This document shows, piece after piece, positions 62,573 through 64,000 of a stretch of 64,000 nt of DNA. The notes under the pieces are model-generated. The model did no database searches and had not been told where the DNA came from. It was given only the letters and a program-made list of their open reading frames with translations. The stretch is from positions 8,556,001-8,620,000 of the forward strand of contig NC_087447.1 in assembly GCF_036321535.1 (NCBI RefSeq). Direction: 5' to 3'. Made by a program: the position numbers and the translations under genes. Positions within the stretch are counted from its first letter, which is position 1. Each line of letters starts with the position of its first letter. The DNA comes from Camelus dromedarius (taxonomy: Eukaryota).

Positions 62573-62770
62573 CTTCCCCGAAGAGGCTGAGCACCAGCCG
62601 AGCCCACGCCAGGGACCGCTACCCAGCCACCAGAACCGCCGGAAGTACAGCAACCTCGCGAAGCTGGCTTCCGGGCCTGCGGAACTCGCCTCCTCCTCGG
62701 ACCTGATTGGGCCTCTCTGTGGTAGGCGGGGAATCCGTGAAGCTCCGCCCCTCCGCCCAGTGCACCAGCG
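62573..62770 (-). promoter_or_regulatory. POLR2G promoter/5'UTR
   Basis: CpG-rich, with ETS motifs (CCGGAAGT ~62639, CTTCCGG ~62668), a CCAAT box (~62705) and GC boxes. Confidence 0.7.
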
Positions 62771-63215
62771 GCTAAAGAACCCGCCTGTCACAAATTAACT
62801 GTGCCTGGTCTAGAGTAAATGCTCAATAAATACTTTTAAATTGAGTTAATTAATTAATGAAAGATGGCAGAGTCCGCTTATTCAACAAATAGTTGAAGGC
62901 TGCTTTCACATAGTAAGCTTAGTAAATAGCCGTTCTTATCTCATTTAATCCATACAGCAATCCCACCAGGTGGGCTTTATTATTATTAGTATTCCCATTT
63001 ACAAATAAGACCCCAGGCTCAGAGGATTGAGGTCACTCAGGGTCACTCAGGGTCCGGATTCTGACTCCAAGACTTTTGTAAATTCAGGCATTCACTACCG
63101 GTTGCTGGTAGTCTGGAGATGAAGCTGCCTATCAGAGCCCAGAAGGCAGCGCCTCCTCCCGGTGTGAAAAGAACCTCACGTCACTCCACTCCTCCCTTCC
63201 ACTCACCTCCCCCCA

Positions 63216-63744
63216 CACTACCTTAGGCAGTCAGCTAGATTTCCGCAGAGAAAGAGGGGCACTGTCCATGTGGCAAGAAACAATACATCTGGTGGAGACA
63301 GGAGTCCTAGGGGCAGGTGAAGGAAGGCGGCAGAAGGCGGGAATCTCTGCATCCGAATGTAACCTTTTGCCCAATTATGCTCTTATTATGATAAAATTAA
63401 CCTTGCAGATAAGAAGTACTCATCATGCACTAATGCTAGGACACTTCCAATCAAGACCAAATAAGGACAAAAATCCCTCCTTCCTTCTGGAAGGTGGAGC
63501 TGGGAGGAAAATCTGGAAATATGCCAAACACCTCCCTCCTCAATGAATATTCCGCCCAATTATTTTCACACCTAGTATAACCAACTTGCCAAAGGACCTC
63601 GGGGCAGCTACTCACCTGACCCTGCCTGCTGTCCCTTCTAAGAGAGTACTATTGGTTAGTAAATCCTCACTTTGCTTTCTTGGTCTCCGTGTCTGGTCTC
63701 TAAATTGTTTCTGTGAGGAAACAAGAACCTACTCTCAGGTAACA
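63216..63744 (+). mobile_element. Probable solo ERV LTR (5' bound uncertain)
   Basis: Ends ...AAGAACCTACTCTCAGGTAACA (CA terminus), with TATA-like TAGTATAACC ~63575, AGTAAA ~63658 and CCCCCA on both flanks. The left end lacks the expected TG. Confidence 0.5.
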
Positions 63745-64000
63745 CCCCCATGAGACCTCCAGAACTGGCGAGCCCTGTCTGTTCCTTCACCTCTGCCCAC
63801 ACTTCTGTAGATAGTCCTTTAATCAAGCTCACCTCAGTTAACCAGAATGAGCATGCAATCTGTGCCCTGCCTGATAAAAGGGCCGTTCAGAGAAGCAGAA
63901 ACATCATGAGATGCAGGCCTATGACAAAGGCTCAGCAGGAGAAGTTATGTGTCCTTGAACCAACTCCCTGTTGCCTGAGTAAGTTTTTGTATGTATGTAA

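Overview
Mammalian genomic DNA. A tRNA-derived SINE resembling the camelid Vic-1 family suggests alpaca or camel (inference). The window is syntenic with human 11q12.3 and contains eight protein-coding genes whose exons I traced by splice sites and reading frame. On the + strand: WDR74, TEX54, STX5, NXF1, TMEM223. On the - strand: TMEM179B, TAF6L, POLR2G. It also holds a decayed near-full-length L1 in the last STX5 intron, six young SINEs, older L1/L2/MIR/MER relics and a probable solo LTR at the right end. Nine N-runs look like masking rather than assembly gaps; two hide parts of STX5 coding exons. Most notable: (1) the retrovirus-like CTE and retained-intron short isoform in NXF1 intron 10, known in other mammals; (2) a TEX54 that is intact only if a 116-nt intron is spliced, whereas the human protein as I recall it reads through the equivalent segment; (3) a U2 snRNA-like remnant in the WDR74 promoter; (4) an old ~260-nt tandem duplication in NXF1 intron 1; (5) very tight polyA/promoter packing between neighbouring genes. 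I found no evidence for a wholly new biological system. Ortholog comparisons are from memory; no alignment or database search was run.
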